From positions 930,001 through 994,000 of the forward strand of contig UYFQ01000001.1 in the NCBI GenBank assembly GCA_900617105.1: DNA of 64,000 bases, read 5' to 3'. The translations under genes were made by a program, and so were the position numbers. Under the pieces are notes generated by a model that saw only the letters and a program-made list of their open reading frames with translations, ran no database searches and was not told the origin of the DNA. The DNA is from Hydrurus foetidus (lineage: Eukaryota). Positions 30,754-40,151 of the stretch are shown piece by piece. Positions within the stretch are counted from its first letter, which is position 1. Every line of letters starts with the position of its first letter.

Positions 30754-31212
30754 GGCCTCGTCCAGCATCGAGGCATTGGCGATGGGCATGGCCGTCAAGT
30801 CGCACACCATCGTCTGGAAGTTGATGAGCGCCTCCATGCGGCCTTGGCTGATTTCAGCTTGGTAAGGCGTGTAAGCCGTGTACCACGCTGGGTTTTCCAA
30901 GATGTTGCGCAAGATCACGCCGGGCGTGTGCGTGCCGTAGTAGCCCTGGCCGATGAAGCTTTTGAGCACCTTGTTCTTGCCTGCCATCGCCTTCAACTCG
31001 GCCAACGCCGCTGCCTCGGTGATGGGTGCCGGGATGGCCATCGCCGTGCTGCGGGCGATGCTGGCCGGCACGATGCCCGCGATCAATTCACTGCGCGAGC
31101 TGCTGCCCACGGTTTTCAGCATCAGCGCTTCGTCTGCGGGGCTGATGCCGATGTGGCGGGCGATGAATTCGCTGGCGTTTTCTAGCTCGATCAAGGTAGG
31201 GACGATTGGCAT
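28309..31212 (-). CDS. gcvP: Glycine dehydrogenase (decarboxylating), P protein
   Basis: [37 protein letters not shown]. Confidence 0.97.
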
Positions 31213-31248
31213 AGTGAAGTCTTTGGCAGGCATGAGAACAAGAAACGA

Positions 31249-31626
31249 TCAAGCGTTAGCGGAGAACTTGTCGTACTCAGGCGCTTCCATCAGCGCGTCA
31301 AATTGGGTGGCATCGTCGATGCTCATTTTGAAAAACCAGCCCGTATTCAGTGGGTCGCTGTTGGCCAGGGACGGGTCGGCACGCAGGGCTTCGTTCACTT
31401 CGGTGACGATGCCTGAGAGGGGCATGTACACGTCAGCCGCCGCTTTGACGGACTCGACCACGCCAGCCACTTCGCCCTTGGCGTAGGCTTTGCCCACTTC
31501 AGGCAGGTCAACGAACACCACGTCGCCCAGCGCATCTTGGGCATGGACGGTGATGCCAACGGTGGCGGGGGAGGTTGCGTCAGCGCGGGCAATCCATTCG
31601 TGTTCTTCGGTGTATTTGACGTTCAT
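31249..31626 (-). CDS. gcvH: Glycine cleavage system H protein
   Basis: HEW, LGDVVFVDLP, VESVKAA lipoyl motif. Confidence 0.97.
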   Translation of the reverse strand: MNVKYTEEHEWIARADATSPATVGITVHAQDALGDVVFVDLPEVGKAYAKGEVAGVVESVKAAADVYMPLSGIVTEVNEALRADPSLANSDPLNTGWFFKMSIDDATQFDALMEAPEYDKFSANA

Positions 31627-31676
31627 GGTGAGGCTCCTGAAAAAAGGGGATGAAGGAAAAAAGGAAAAAAGGGAAT

Positions 31677-32858
31677 TTAAACGGCTGGCCCACGGTAGTA
31701 GCGCGTCGGCACAAACGGCATGGCGCTGACTTCCATGGGCACTGGCTTGCCGCGCACGATGGCGTTGATGCGGGTGCCAATGGCGGCACAGTCGGCGTTG
31801 ATGTAGGCCATCGCGATGGGGCGGTCGAAGGTGGGGCCAAGCAGGCCGCTGCTGACTTCACCAATGCGTTTACCGCTCAGGTCTTGCAATTCGGTGTGTT
31901 CACGCACGGGGACGCGCTCTAAAGCGATCAAACCGACCCGTTTTCGGGTGTCATTGGAGGCTGTAGCGCTTATTCGACCTGCGATAGCAGCTAGTATTTT
32001 GGTAGCGCCAGGGAATCCACCCTCACGGGCACCGCCTGCACGGCGTACCTTTTGCATGGCCCAGTTCAGCCCGGCTTCAACGGGGGTGGTGGTGGTGTCC
32101 AGGTCTTGGCCGTAGAGGCACAAACCGGCTTCCAGACGCAGCGAATTGCGCGCGCCCAGGCCAATTGGCTTGACTTCGGGTTGAGCCAACAAGGCACGCG
32201 CCAAAGCATCGGCTTGGGAATCCAGTACCGAGATCTCAAAACCGTCTTCACCGGTGTAGCCGCTGCGCGTCAAAAAGACGGGGATACCGGCGACGACAAA
32301 ATCGCCACCCGTCATGAACACCAGTTTTTCCACGCCGGGCGCGAGGCGGGCGAGGGCATCGACGGCTTTGGGGCCTTGCAGCGCGAGCAGGGCACGCTCG
32401 GGCATGGGGATGACTTGGCAGCGCTGGCCGATCTTGGCCTGGATGTGCGCGATATCCGCAACTTTGCACGCGCCGTTGACGATCACGAAGATGTCCGCTT
32501 CGCGCTTGAAAAACATCAAATCGTCCAGGATGCCGCCTTCGTCATTCAGCAGCAAACCGTAGCGCTGCTTGCCCACCGGCAGGTCGATCACGTCCACGGG
32601 CATCAGCGTCTCGAACGCGCTAGCGGCATCTGGCCCCACCAAACGCAGCTGGCCCATGTGCGACACGTCAAACAAACCGGCGCTAGCGCGGGTGTGCAGG
32701 TGCTCAGCCATCAGGCCCATCGGGTACTGCACGGGCATGTGGTAGCCCGCGAAAGGCACCATGCGGGCGTTCAACTCAAGGTGCAGGGCGTGCAGCGGGG
32801 TTTTGAGGAGTTCGGCAGCAGCAGAGGAGGGGGTAGCAGCAGGCGTGGCGGTGGTCAT
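31677..32858 (-). CDS. gcvT: Glycine cleavage system aminomethyltransferase T
   Basis: LFDVSHMG, RSGYTGEDGFEI, LRLEAGLCLYG; start moved to ATG 32858 downstream of the riboswitch. Confidence 0.96.
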   Translation of the reverse strand: MTTATPAATPSSAAAELLKTPLHALHLELNARMVPFAGYHMPVQYPMGLMAEHLHTRASAGLFDVSHMGQLRLVGPDAASAFETLMPVDVIDLPVGKQRYGLLLNDEGGILDDLMFFKREADIFVIVNGACKVADIAHIQAKIGQRCQVIPMPERALLALQGPKAVDALARLAPGVEKLVFMTGGDFVVAGIPVFLTRSGYTGEDGFEISVLDSQADALARALLAQPEVKPIGLGARNSLRLEAGLCLYGQDLDTTTTPVEAGLNWAMQKVRRAGGAREGGFPGATKILAAIAGRISATASNDTRKRVGLIALERVPVREHTELQDLSGKRIGEVSSGLLGPTFDRPIAMAYINADCAAIGTRINAIVRGKPVPMEVSAMPFVPTRYYRGPAV

Positions 32859-32910
32859 AACAGGGCTCCAAAAGTTAACCCACGGCCCACAAAATGTGGC
32901 CGTGTGGGAA

Positions 32911-33096
32911 ACCCTGTTGTCCTGGATACCTGAGAGATTCACCGCTTCACGAGGAAGTTTCGGTTTGCCCCTTCGGTGGGCCATGGCGCCTTGAGAATAA
33001 GGGCATGACCGCTCTCCAACAGAATCAATTCGTACCAGTCCTTTTGCCTGAGCGTTCAGCCTTCGGCGGTTTTCTCGGGGAAAACTCTCTCCTGAC
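32911..33096 (-). ncRNA. Tandem glycine riboswitch
   Basis: Two aptamers on the minus strand: GGAGAG..CCGCCGAAGG..CTCAGGCAAAAGGAC and GGAGAG..CACCGAAGG..TCTCTCAGGT..GGAC; upstream of gcvT. Confidence 0.95.
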
Positions 33097-33108
33097 ACGG
33101 GCGGGAGT

Positions 33109-34011
33109 TTAACCGGCTTTGGGCGCTTGCATGCTTGGTGCGGGGTCGATGTGCGTCATCACCGTCAGCACCCGATGCTGCTGCATCACCCGCGCTATGG
33201 CGGCTTCAGCAATCACGTGGCCTGCCGCCACCGTTAGCATGCCGTCCACCTCAAGGTGGGCATCGACGACGATCATGTCGCCCATTTTGCGGGTGCGCAC
33301 CTCGTGAACGCCACTCACGCCGGGTGTCTCGCGCAAGGTTTGGCTGATGGCGGCCACTTCTTGCTGGTCGGCAGACTGGTCTACCAGATCGCTCAGGGCG
33401 CTCCAGGCAAAGCTGAGCCCCATTTTGCCCACCATCAGGCCCACGATGAGGGCCGAAATCGGGTCAAGCAGTGGGTAGCCCATCACATTGCCGATGATGC
33501 CCACCCCCACCACCAGCGATGAGGCTGCATCGGAGCGGGCGTGCCAGGCGTTGGCGACGAGCAGGCTGGATTTAAGCCGTTTGGCCACGCTCAGCATGTA
33601 GCGAAACAGGCCTTCTTTGGCGACCAAAGCGAGGCCCGTTACCCACAGCGCTGAGAGGTGGACGCTGGCAATGTCATCAGGTGCCTGTAATTTTTGCAGC
33701 GCGGACACCAGCAAGCCACCGCCCACAACGACCAGCAACAAGCCCAGCACGAGCGACGCGGCGGTCTCAAAGCGCTGGTGGCCATAGGGGTGTTCATCGT
33801 CAGCGGCTTTTCGGGCGTGGTGGCTGGCCAGCAGCACTACAAAATCGGCCACCAAATCCGACAGCGAATGCACGCCGTCGGCCACCAGCGCTTGTGAATG
33901 GGCCAGCACGCCAACGATCAGCTGGCAGGCGCTGAGGAGCACGTTCACCCCCACGCTGATCCAGGTACTGCGGTTGGCGGCTTGAGGGGAGATGGTGTCA
34001 GGAAAGGCCAT
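33109..34011 (-). CDS. Cation diffusion facilitator (FieF-like) transporter
   Basis: ADGVHSLSD, HPYGHQRFE, ANAWHARSD. Confidence 0.92.
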   Translation of the reverse strand: MAFPDTISPQAANRSTWISVGVNVLLSACQLIVGVLAHSQALVADGVHSLSDLVADFVVLLASHHARKAADDEHPYGHQRFETAASLVLGLLLVVVGGGLLVSALQKLQAPDDIASVHLSALWVTGLALVAKEGLFRYMLSVAKRLKSSLLVANAWHARSDAASSLVVGVGIIGNVMGYPLLDPISALIVGLMVGKMGLSFAWSALSDLVDQSADQQEVAAISQTLRETPGVSGVHEVRTRKMGDMIVVDAHLEVDGMLTVAAGHVIAEAAIARVMQQHRVLTVMTHIDPAPSMQAPKAG

Positions 34012-34065
34012 GAGCTTACGTGCTAAAAACAAGCCAACAACATAACAGACAAGCGCTGCATTCCT

Positions 34066-35103
34066 GTGAACCACTCGCCATCCCATTTTTTACCCGCCCA
34101 CCCGCAGGTGACTTCCCCGGTTATTTGGCGCGATTTGAGCGTCATTGCAGCGGTCGTTGTGGGCTACTTTGCGCTGGCGGCCACGCTGCAGCTGTCCGAA
34201 GCCATGTCAGGTTTCATGCGGGGGTACGAGCATTGGCAGCTTGATGAGTTGCCGCTGACCCTGCTGTGGTTGAGTTTGGGGCTTGTTTGGTTTGCTTTTC
34301 GCCGTACCCGTGAAGCCCACCTTGCCTTGGCGCAGCGGATTGAGGCCCAAGCCCAGGTGACGGTGTTGCTGGCGCACAACCGGGATTTGGCCCAACGCTT
34401 GATCGTGGTGCAAGAGCACGAACGCCGGGTTTTGGCGCGGGATTTGCACGATGACGTGGGGCAAAACTGCACCGCCATCCGCGCCGAGGCCAGCTACATC
34501 CTGCACGCCCGTACCCCTGCGACAGCCAGCGCCCATGCCAATGACAACGCTGCGATGCACGACCCCATCACCGCCAGCGCACAGCGCATCGCCGATGCCG
34601 CCCAAACGCTGCACGCTATGGTGCGCGACATGCTTTTGCGCCTGCGTCCACCCGCACTCGACAGCCTGGGGCTGGAGGCCGCGCTGCAAACCCTGTGCGA
34701 AAGTTGGGAGACACAAACTGGCGTGGCCTGTGGTTTCTTCCCCCATGGCGTGCCCACGCAGCTCAGCGATGCCACGGCGGTGGCGGTGTTTCGCTTGGTG
34801 CAAGAGTCTTTGACCAACGTGGCACGCCATGCCGGGGCGACGCAGGTCACGGTCAAGCTGAACCCTACAGCCGACGGCACCTGTTTGCACCTGCGCATCC
34901 AAGACGATGGCTGTGGCATGGCCCCGTCCGGCGGGCCGCCCAAGGGTTTCGGATTGATGGGGATGCGCGAGCGGGTGGCCGCGTTGCAGGGGGCTATCGA
35001 ATTCACCAGTCTGCCCGGTGCGGGCTTGTGCGTTGCTGCCGATCTGCCCTTGGTTATGGAGAACATGGTGAACATGGTGAACATGGAGACCACGCCGTCA
35101 TGA
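34066..35103 (+). CDS. HisKA_3 (NarX/UhpB-type) sensor histidine kinase
   Basis: Two TM segments; ERRVLARDLHDDVGQ, QESLTNVARHA, DDGCG, GFGLMGMRERV. Confidence 0.9.
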   Translation: MNHSPSHFLPAHPQVTSPVIWRDLSVIAAVVVGYFALAATLQLSEAMSGFMRGYEHWQLDELPLTLLWLSLGLVWFAFRRTREAHLALAQRIEAQAQVTVLLAHNRDLAQRLIVVQEHERRVLARDLHDDVGQNCTAIRAEASYILHARTPATASAHANDNAAMHDPITASAQRIADAAQTLHAMVRDMLLRLRPPALDSLGLEAALQTLCESWETQTGVACGFFPHGVPTQLSDATAVAVFRLVQESLTNVARHAGATQVTVKLNPTADGTCLHLRIQDDGCGMAPSGGPPKGFGLMGMRERVAALQGAIEFTSLPGAGLCVAADLPLVMENMVNMVNMETTPS

Positions 35104-35762
35104 TCCGCGTCCTCTTGGTCGATGACCACCCCGTGGTGCGTTCGGGCTACCACCGCTTGCTGGAGCAGGCCGGCGATATCCGCGTGGTGGCCGAAGCGGC
35201 CAACGCCGATGCGGGCTATGAAGCCTTTCTCACCCACATGCAAGCCTGTGCCCTGGATGTCAGCATCACCGATCTTTCCATGCCTGGTGCCGGTGGGCTG
35301 GAGCTGATGCGCAAGATGCTGGCCCGCCACCCGCAGGCCAAAGTGCTGGTGTTCAGCATGTACGACTCGCCGCAGCTGGTGCGCCGGGCTTTGGAGGGCG
35401 GTGCCTATGGCTTCGTCAGCAAAAATGCAGCGCCCGACAATTTGGTCGCAGCTGTGCACGCCCTGCACAGTGGGCAGCGTTACGTGAGTGAGGATTTATC
35501 GCCCGATTTGCTCAAGAGCCGCACTGGCAGTGGCGACGATGAAGCCCAGCGTCTGGCCAGCCTGAGCCAGCGTGAGTTCGAGATTTTTCGCCTGCTGGCT
35601 CAGGGCTGCTCCGCCGCCGACTGCGCCCGCGCGCTGAATTTGAGCCCCAAGACGGTTGCCAACAACCAGACGCTCATCAAGGAAAAGCTGGACGTGACCA
35701 CCTCGGCGGCGCTGGTGCATCTGGCGCTGCGCAACAGCATCATTGCACCGCACGCGCCTTAA
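35100..35762 (+). CDS. NarL/LuxR-family response regulator
   Basis: MIRVLLVDDHPVVR, DLSMPG, LSQREFEI HTH; ATGA overlap with the kinase. Confidence 0.92.
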   Translation: MIRVLLVDDHPVVRSGYHRLLEQAGDIRVVAEAANADAGYEAFLTHMQACALDVSITDLSMPGAGGLELMRKMLARHPQAKVLVFSMYDSPQLVRRALEGGAYGFVSKNAAPDNLVAAVHALHSGQRYVSEDLSPDLLKSRTGSGDDEAQRLASLSQREFEIFRLLAQGCSAADCARALNLSPKTVANNQTLIKEKLDVTTSAALVHLALRNSIIAPHAP

Positions 35763-35786
35763 CCGGCTTTGCCAAATTCACAAAAT

Positions 35787-38306
35787 CTACAAAAACGCAT
35801 ACCGCGCACTTACCCACAGCGCACGCGGGGCACCAGGGGTGTAAAAGCTGGTGCTGGTGGTGTCTGAATTTCGGTAGCCCCCCGTAGACGTGAACGCATA
35901 CGGCCCCAGTTGTCCGATGGTGGCGTAGCCCCGGTTGAACAGATTGGCCACGTTGGCCGACAGGGTGATGTTCGCGGTAGGTTTGTAGCTGCTTGAAAAA
36001 TTCACCACTGCATACCCCGGCACCCGGCCTGAGCCAAAGGTGGTGACGTTGTCCGCTGTATGGCTGGCATTTTCGTTGCCGCGCACCAAGCTGCTGCCGA
36101 TGGCCACCAGATTCAAGCCCGCGTTCAGGTTGGGCTGGAACTGGTAGTCCGCCCGGATTTTCAGGATGTTCTGGGGCACCAAGGGAAGGCGGTCGCCGGG
36201 GTTGATGGTGATCGCGCTGTTGGCGTTTGCTGTGCTGTTTGTGCTGTTGTATTGGCTTCGGACTTGCTCTGTGGTTTGGTAAGTGGCTTGCAGGTAGGTG
36301 TAGTTCACGCTCAGGTTGAGCTTGTTCATGGCGGTGGCGATGCCTGCCTCCAAGCCCTGGCGGCGGGTTTTGCCGAAGTTTTTGAAGTAACCGGTTGAGG
36401 CTGAGTTGGCGACAAACAAAATTTCGTCCGAGTTGTCACCCCGGAACACACCCACATTCCACTGTGTTTTAGGGTTCAGACTGCCGCGAAACCCGGCCTC
36501 CCAGGTTTTGGAGACGACTTGGTTCAGTGGTGGGTCGCCAGCCATAGAGTTGGGTAAGCGGCAGCCGAATTTCGGGTCGGCGCAGCCGAGTTCGATGGAG
36601 GTGGGCGTGCGGCTGTTTTCGCTGTAGCTGGCGTAGGCGTTGAGGGCGCTGCTGTGTGCATAGCTCACACCGATGGCGGGGTTGAAGCGCTGGAAGCGGT
36701 GGTCGCCGTCCAGCGTTCCACGCTGCTCGCCTTGGGTGGTGGCATTGTTGTAGGGGTAAAGGTTGTCGGTGTTTTTCAGGCGAGTCTGGTTGTAGCGGCC
36801 TGAGACCGTCAGGTGCCATACGTCGCGCAGGGTCAGGGTATTGGTGCCAAACAGGCTCCAGGTGCGGACTTTGCCGTCCAGACTGACGCGCTGGTCAAAG
36901 GCGTTTTCTGAATCTTGCGTGCCATCAGCGAATGCGTCTACCGGCGTGATGGAGCGGTCAGCGTTCAGGTAGCCGAACTGGGAGGCCTGTCGGAACGTGG
37001 TGCGGCTGGTGTCGAACGCAGCGCCCACCACGGCTTGGTTGCGCTGGCCGGGGGCTTCGCTCAACAACGTCAACTGACCGGAAAAACCTATGTTTGTTTG
37101 CCGCGTGTTCGAGGTGGTGATGAGGCCGGTGCATTTTTCATTGGGTTCGCTGTTGCGTCCCGCATGTGCGATACAACGCCATTTTGGGAAAGCGTAGCTG
37201 CCGCTGGTTTTGGCCGCTGTGCTCTCAGCGGCGGGGGTGCCATAGCCGTGCGCGGTCAGCCACGCTTTGTCAGTCGTTTGGCCCGTGTAGTAGACGGATT
37301 CACCCAACGCGCCTTCGTTCAAATCACCGTTGGTGGTGTCAGTACGGGTGTTGCGGTAGTAGGCGTTGCCTGAAAGCAGCAGGTTGTCAGACAGCGCGGT
37401 GCGGCCTTGCAGGTTCAAAAAGTCTGCCCGGTTGGCGGTGGTGTCGGGCTTGGTGTAGACGCTGGCACGGTTGGTGGCCAGCATTTGCGCTTCTTGCATC
37501 CCGTTGCCGTTGAGTGCGTTGCCGCTGTGCGCGTAGCTCAGGTTCAATTGGGTGTTCGCATCGTGCCAGCCGAGTTTGCCAAAGAGCTGGCCCAGGCGCG
37601 AGGGTGAATCGTCACGCCAGCCGGTTTCTTTGTAAGCGTTCACTGTAGCGAACCAGTCCAGGCCTTTGGCGTTGGCGCCGCCATGTTCCAGCTGCAGATT
37701 TTTGCGGCCAAAGCTGCCTGTACCGATTTCGATGGCCGTGCCTGCGTTTTTGCGGCCATCTTTGGTTTGCAGCGACAGTGCGCCGCCCAATGTGTTGAGG
37801 CCAAAAAGCGGGTTAGACCCGGCCATCAAACTCACCGAAGAGATGGCCGATTTGGGGATCAAATCCCACATCACCACGTCGCCAAACGGCTGGTTCATCC
37901 GCACACCGTCCAGGTAAACCGACAAGCCTTGTGGCGTGCCCAGCAGCGGTGACGCGGTGTAGCCCCGGTAATTCACATCCGCCATGAACGGGTTGCCCTG
38001 CGCCTCATTGATGTGAACGCTGCCCAGGCTGCGGTTGAGGAAATCGGAAATGTCCAGTGCGCCGCTGCGCTCAATGTCCTGCGATGTGGCCGTTTGCACG
38101 GCAGCGGGGATTTGCGCCTTGGCAAGACCGATGCCGGGCAGCGGGGTGGTGGCGATGACGGTGATGGTGAACAGCTCAGCGCTGACTGCACCCGCTGCAC
38201 CGTTGGCCGCATGGGCGACTTGTGTCTGGAGCATCGCCAGCACCGCGACGGTGATGGCTGTCAGGGGCAGGGCTGTCGATGGGGGGCGGGTAGGGGGGCT
38301 GCGCAA
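35787..38306 (-). CDS. TonB-dependent receptor (LutH/LanA-like plug)
   Basis: GNPFMADVNYRGYTASPLLGTPQGLSVYLDGVR..PFGDVVMWDLIP; NLFN and C-terminal barrel strand. Confidence 0.88.
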   Translation of the reverse strand: MRSPPTRPPSTALPLTAITVAVLAMLQTQVAHAANGAAGAVSAELFTITVIATTPLPGIGLAKAQIPAAVQTATSQDIERSGALDISDFLNRSLGSVHINEAQGNPFMADVNYRGYTASPLLGTPQGLSVYLDGVRMNQPFGDVVMWDLIPKSAISSVSLMAGSNPLFGLNTLGGALSLQTKDGRKNAGTAIEIGTGSFGRKNLQLEHGGANAKGLDWFATVNAYKETGWRDDSPSRLGQLFGKLGWHDANTQLNLSYAHSGNALNGNGMQEAQMLATNRASVYTKPDTTANRADFLNLQGRTALSDNLLLSGNAYYRNTRTDTTNGDLNEGALGESVYYTGQTTDKAWLTAHGYGTPAAESTAAKTSGSYAFPKWRCIAHAGRNSEPNEKCTGLITTSNTRQTNIGFSGQLTLLSEAPGQRNQAVVGAAFDTSRTTFRQASQFGYLNADRSITPVDAFADGTQDSENAFDQRVSLDGKVRTWSLFGTNTLTLRDVWHLTVSGRYNQTRLKNTDNLYPYNNATTQGEQRGTLDGDHRFQRFNPAIGVSYAHSSALNAYASYSENSRTPTSIELGCADPKFGCRLPNSMAGDPPLNQVVSKTWEAGFRGSLNPKTQWNVGVFRGDNSDEILFVANSASTGYFKNFGKTRRQGLEAGIATAMNKLNLSVNYTYLQATYQTTEQVRSQYNSTNSTANANSAITINPGDRLPLVPQNILKIRADYQFQPNLNAGLNLVAIGSSLVRGNENASHTADNVTTFGSGRVPGYAVVNFSSSYKPTANITLSANVANLFNRGYATIGQLGPYAFTSTGGYRNSDTTSTSFYTPGAPRALWVSARYAFL

Positions 38307-38421
38307 CGGTGTCTCCTCAGTATGCTATCAAACTGAGAGCGAGTGTGCCTTGCCAGGGCTGCTACTTCAAGGGAAAAACTCCCGCCTGCACAGCGGGTTA
38401 ACCAGCGCAGGCGATGGCGCT

Positions 38422-39441
38422 TTACACCGCGTTTTTGATCGCCTGTGGGTTTTCTGCGATGTACTGGCGCAGGATGTCTTCCACGCTGCTGTCCGATTTC
38501 AGGCCCAGTCCGTGGGCTCGGGCGGCATCAAATTGGCCTGGCCAGCTGCGCACCAGACGCTCTATCGCAGGGTCAGGTGCCCAGTCCAGTAAGGCAGATA
38601 CTGCACTACCTGCTACGTTTTCGAGAGCATCAGCCATGCCCCCCACCGTGGTGTGGAAGGCGGGCAGGTTGACCGCCGTGCGTGCGCCCCAGGTTGCGGC
38701 ATCGACTTCAGCGGCCCGCAAAATCCCCTCCACCGTGCGGGCAGGCGAGGCAATGGCGACAGGCAAATCGCGTCCCACAGGCACACGGGCACGGACCCCG
38801 GCCAGAGGTTCGCGGAACATGCCCGAGAAAAAGCCCGATGCCGCGCCATTGGGCAGGCCCGGACGCACGCTGACCGTCATCAGCCGCACGGTGCGGCCCT
38901 GCACAAAACCTTTGCGGGCGTAATCGGCCACCAGCTGCTCGCCAATGAATTTTTGAATGCCATAGCTGCCTTGCGGTGTGGGCAGCGTGGTGTCGGTAAT
39001 CACCTCGGGCAGCGGCTGCTCGGGTGAGTTGCCAAACACCGCCAGAGAACTGGCAAAGACGAAATGCAGCGCCTTGCCTGATGCCGTGTGCAGGCTGCGG
39101 CAAGCTTCCAGCAGCTGGTGCGTGGCGGCCAAGTTGCTGCGCATTCCCAGGTCGAAATCAGCTTCGCATTCGGCGCTGACGGCTGCCGCCAAGTGGAACA
39201 CCACATCTGCATCGGCGGGCACGGCTTGCTGGCTTTGCAGCAGCGCGTTCAGATCCCCCACCACGCAGACCACACGTGGGTCGCCTGCCAAATCAGCCGG
39301 TGGTGCAGCGCGGTCGACCACCGTGATGCGGGTGATGGCGGCGGGCGCAGCCCCATTCAAAGCCAAGTTGCCTTGTTTCAGCAAGGTGCGGGCGAGCAAA
39401 GCGCCCAAAAATCCGGCACCGCCGGTGATCACGATATGCAT
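38422..39441 (-). CDS. denD: NAD-dependent epimerase/dehydratase, D-erythronate dehydrogenase-like
   Basis: ITGGAGFLG, ECEADFDLG, YGIQK, RPGLPNGAASGF. Confidence 0.75.
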   Translation of the reverse strand: MHIVITGGAGFLGALLARTLLKQGNLALNGAAPAAITRITVVDRAAPPADLAGDPRVVCVVGDLNALLQSQQAVPADADVVFHLAAAVSAECEADFDLGMRSNLAATHQLLEACRSLHTASGKALHFVFASSLAVFGNSPEQPLPEVITDTTLPTPQGSYGIQKFIGEQLVADYARKGFVQGRTVRLMTVSVRPGLPNGAASGFFSGMFREPLAGVRARVPVGRDLPVAIASPARTVEGILRAAEVDAATWGARTAVNLPAFHTTVGGMADALENVAGSAVSALLDWAPDPAIERLVRSWPGQFDAARAHGLGLKSDSSVEDILRQYIAENPQAIKNAV

Positions 39442-39513
39442 GGGAAAAGTCCTGTCTCGGTTGTTGTCGGTTGTAGGTCAATGAAGGGATGGGATATGAG
39501 GAAGGGAAGGAAG

Positions 39514-39891
39514 TCAGTACCGGGGTGCACCAATCAAGGTGTTGAACACCGCCGGATTTTTGATCCGGTAGACCTGCTGTACTTTAGCGTCCACCTTGGT
39601 CGCCATGCCGGTCGATTGGTACAGCCAGCGGTCAACATGTGTCCCCGACACGATGTCGATGGTGAACGACCAATCCTGCACCTCGGCAGAGGTCTGTCCA
39701 GTGACCTGCTTGCTGTTCCAGTAGCGGTAAAACTCAGCCACTTCCGCGCCGGTGCGCAGCTCTTTCATCACCTTCAGCTGGGCATTGCGAATGGTGATGC
39801 CTTGGCCGGTGCGGGGCGCGGCATGTACGGTGGCTGCGGTTGCAAGCAGGCAGAGGCACAAGCTGCGGCGGGTAAGTTGAATGGGCTTCAC
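39514..39891 (-). CDS. Hypothetical secreted protein
   Basis: Signal-peptide-like N-terminus (VHA); fills the gap with host-like codon use. Confidence 0.65.
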   Translation of the reverse strand: MKPIQLTRRSLCLCLLATAATVHAAPRTGQGITIRNAQLKVMKELRTGAEVAEFYRYWNSKQVTGQTSAEVQDWSFTIDIVSGTHVDRWLYQSTGMATKVDAKVQQVYRIKNPAVFNTLIGAPRY

Positions 39892-40087
39892 GCGGGGATT
39901 TGGGTTGGGGTGCGAGGGACCTGATGAATGCCGTCAAGCAGCGCAGTGGGTACAACAAACCTTGTGTTAGCTGGTTTTATACCGACAGTTGTTGAAGTTT
40001 TAGCCATTATCTTCTGTTCGCTGCGCTAGAGGTGCAAGCAACCGTTGAACGGCTAAAAGGTAACTGCGTCACACAAAAGAAATAATT

Positions 40088-40105
40088 TTTTCATTGTTTT
40101 GTCAT
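40088..40105 (+). promoter_or_regulatory. Pho box-like site
   Basis: TTTTCAT-tgtt-TTGTCAT, plus GCGTCAC in phase 22 bp upstream (40066). Confidence 0.6.
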
Positions 40106-40151
40106 GAATTTTAGATAAGGTTATTGTGATTTATATCGCAAAAGGTAACTT

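Noticed and set aside
28666..31185. Long antisense ORFs (839 aa here; also 5182-6909, 54-1277, 51282-52259)
   Set aside because: Shadows of high-GC coding strands with no protein motifs
32859..33098. N-terminal extension of GcvT in the ORF track
   Set aside because: This region is the glycine riboswitch leader
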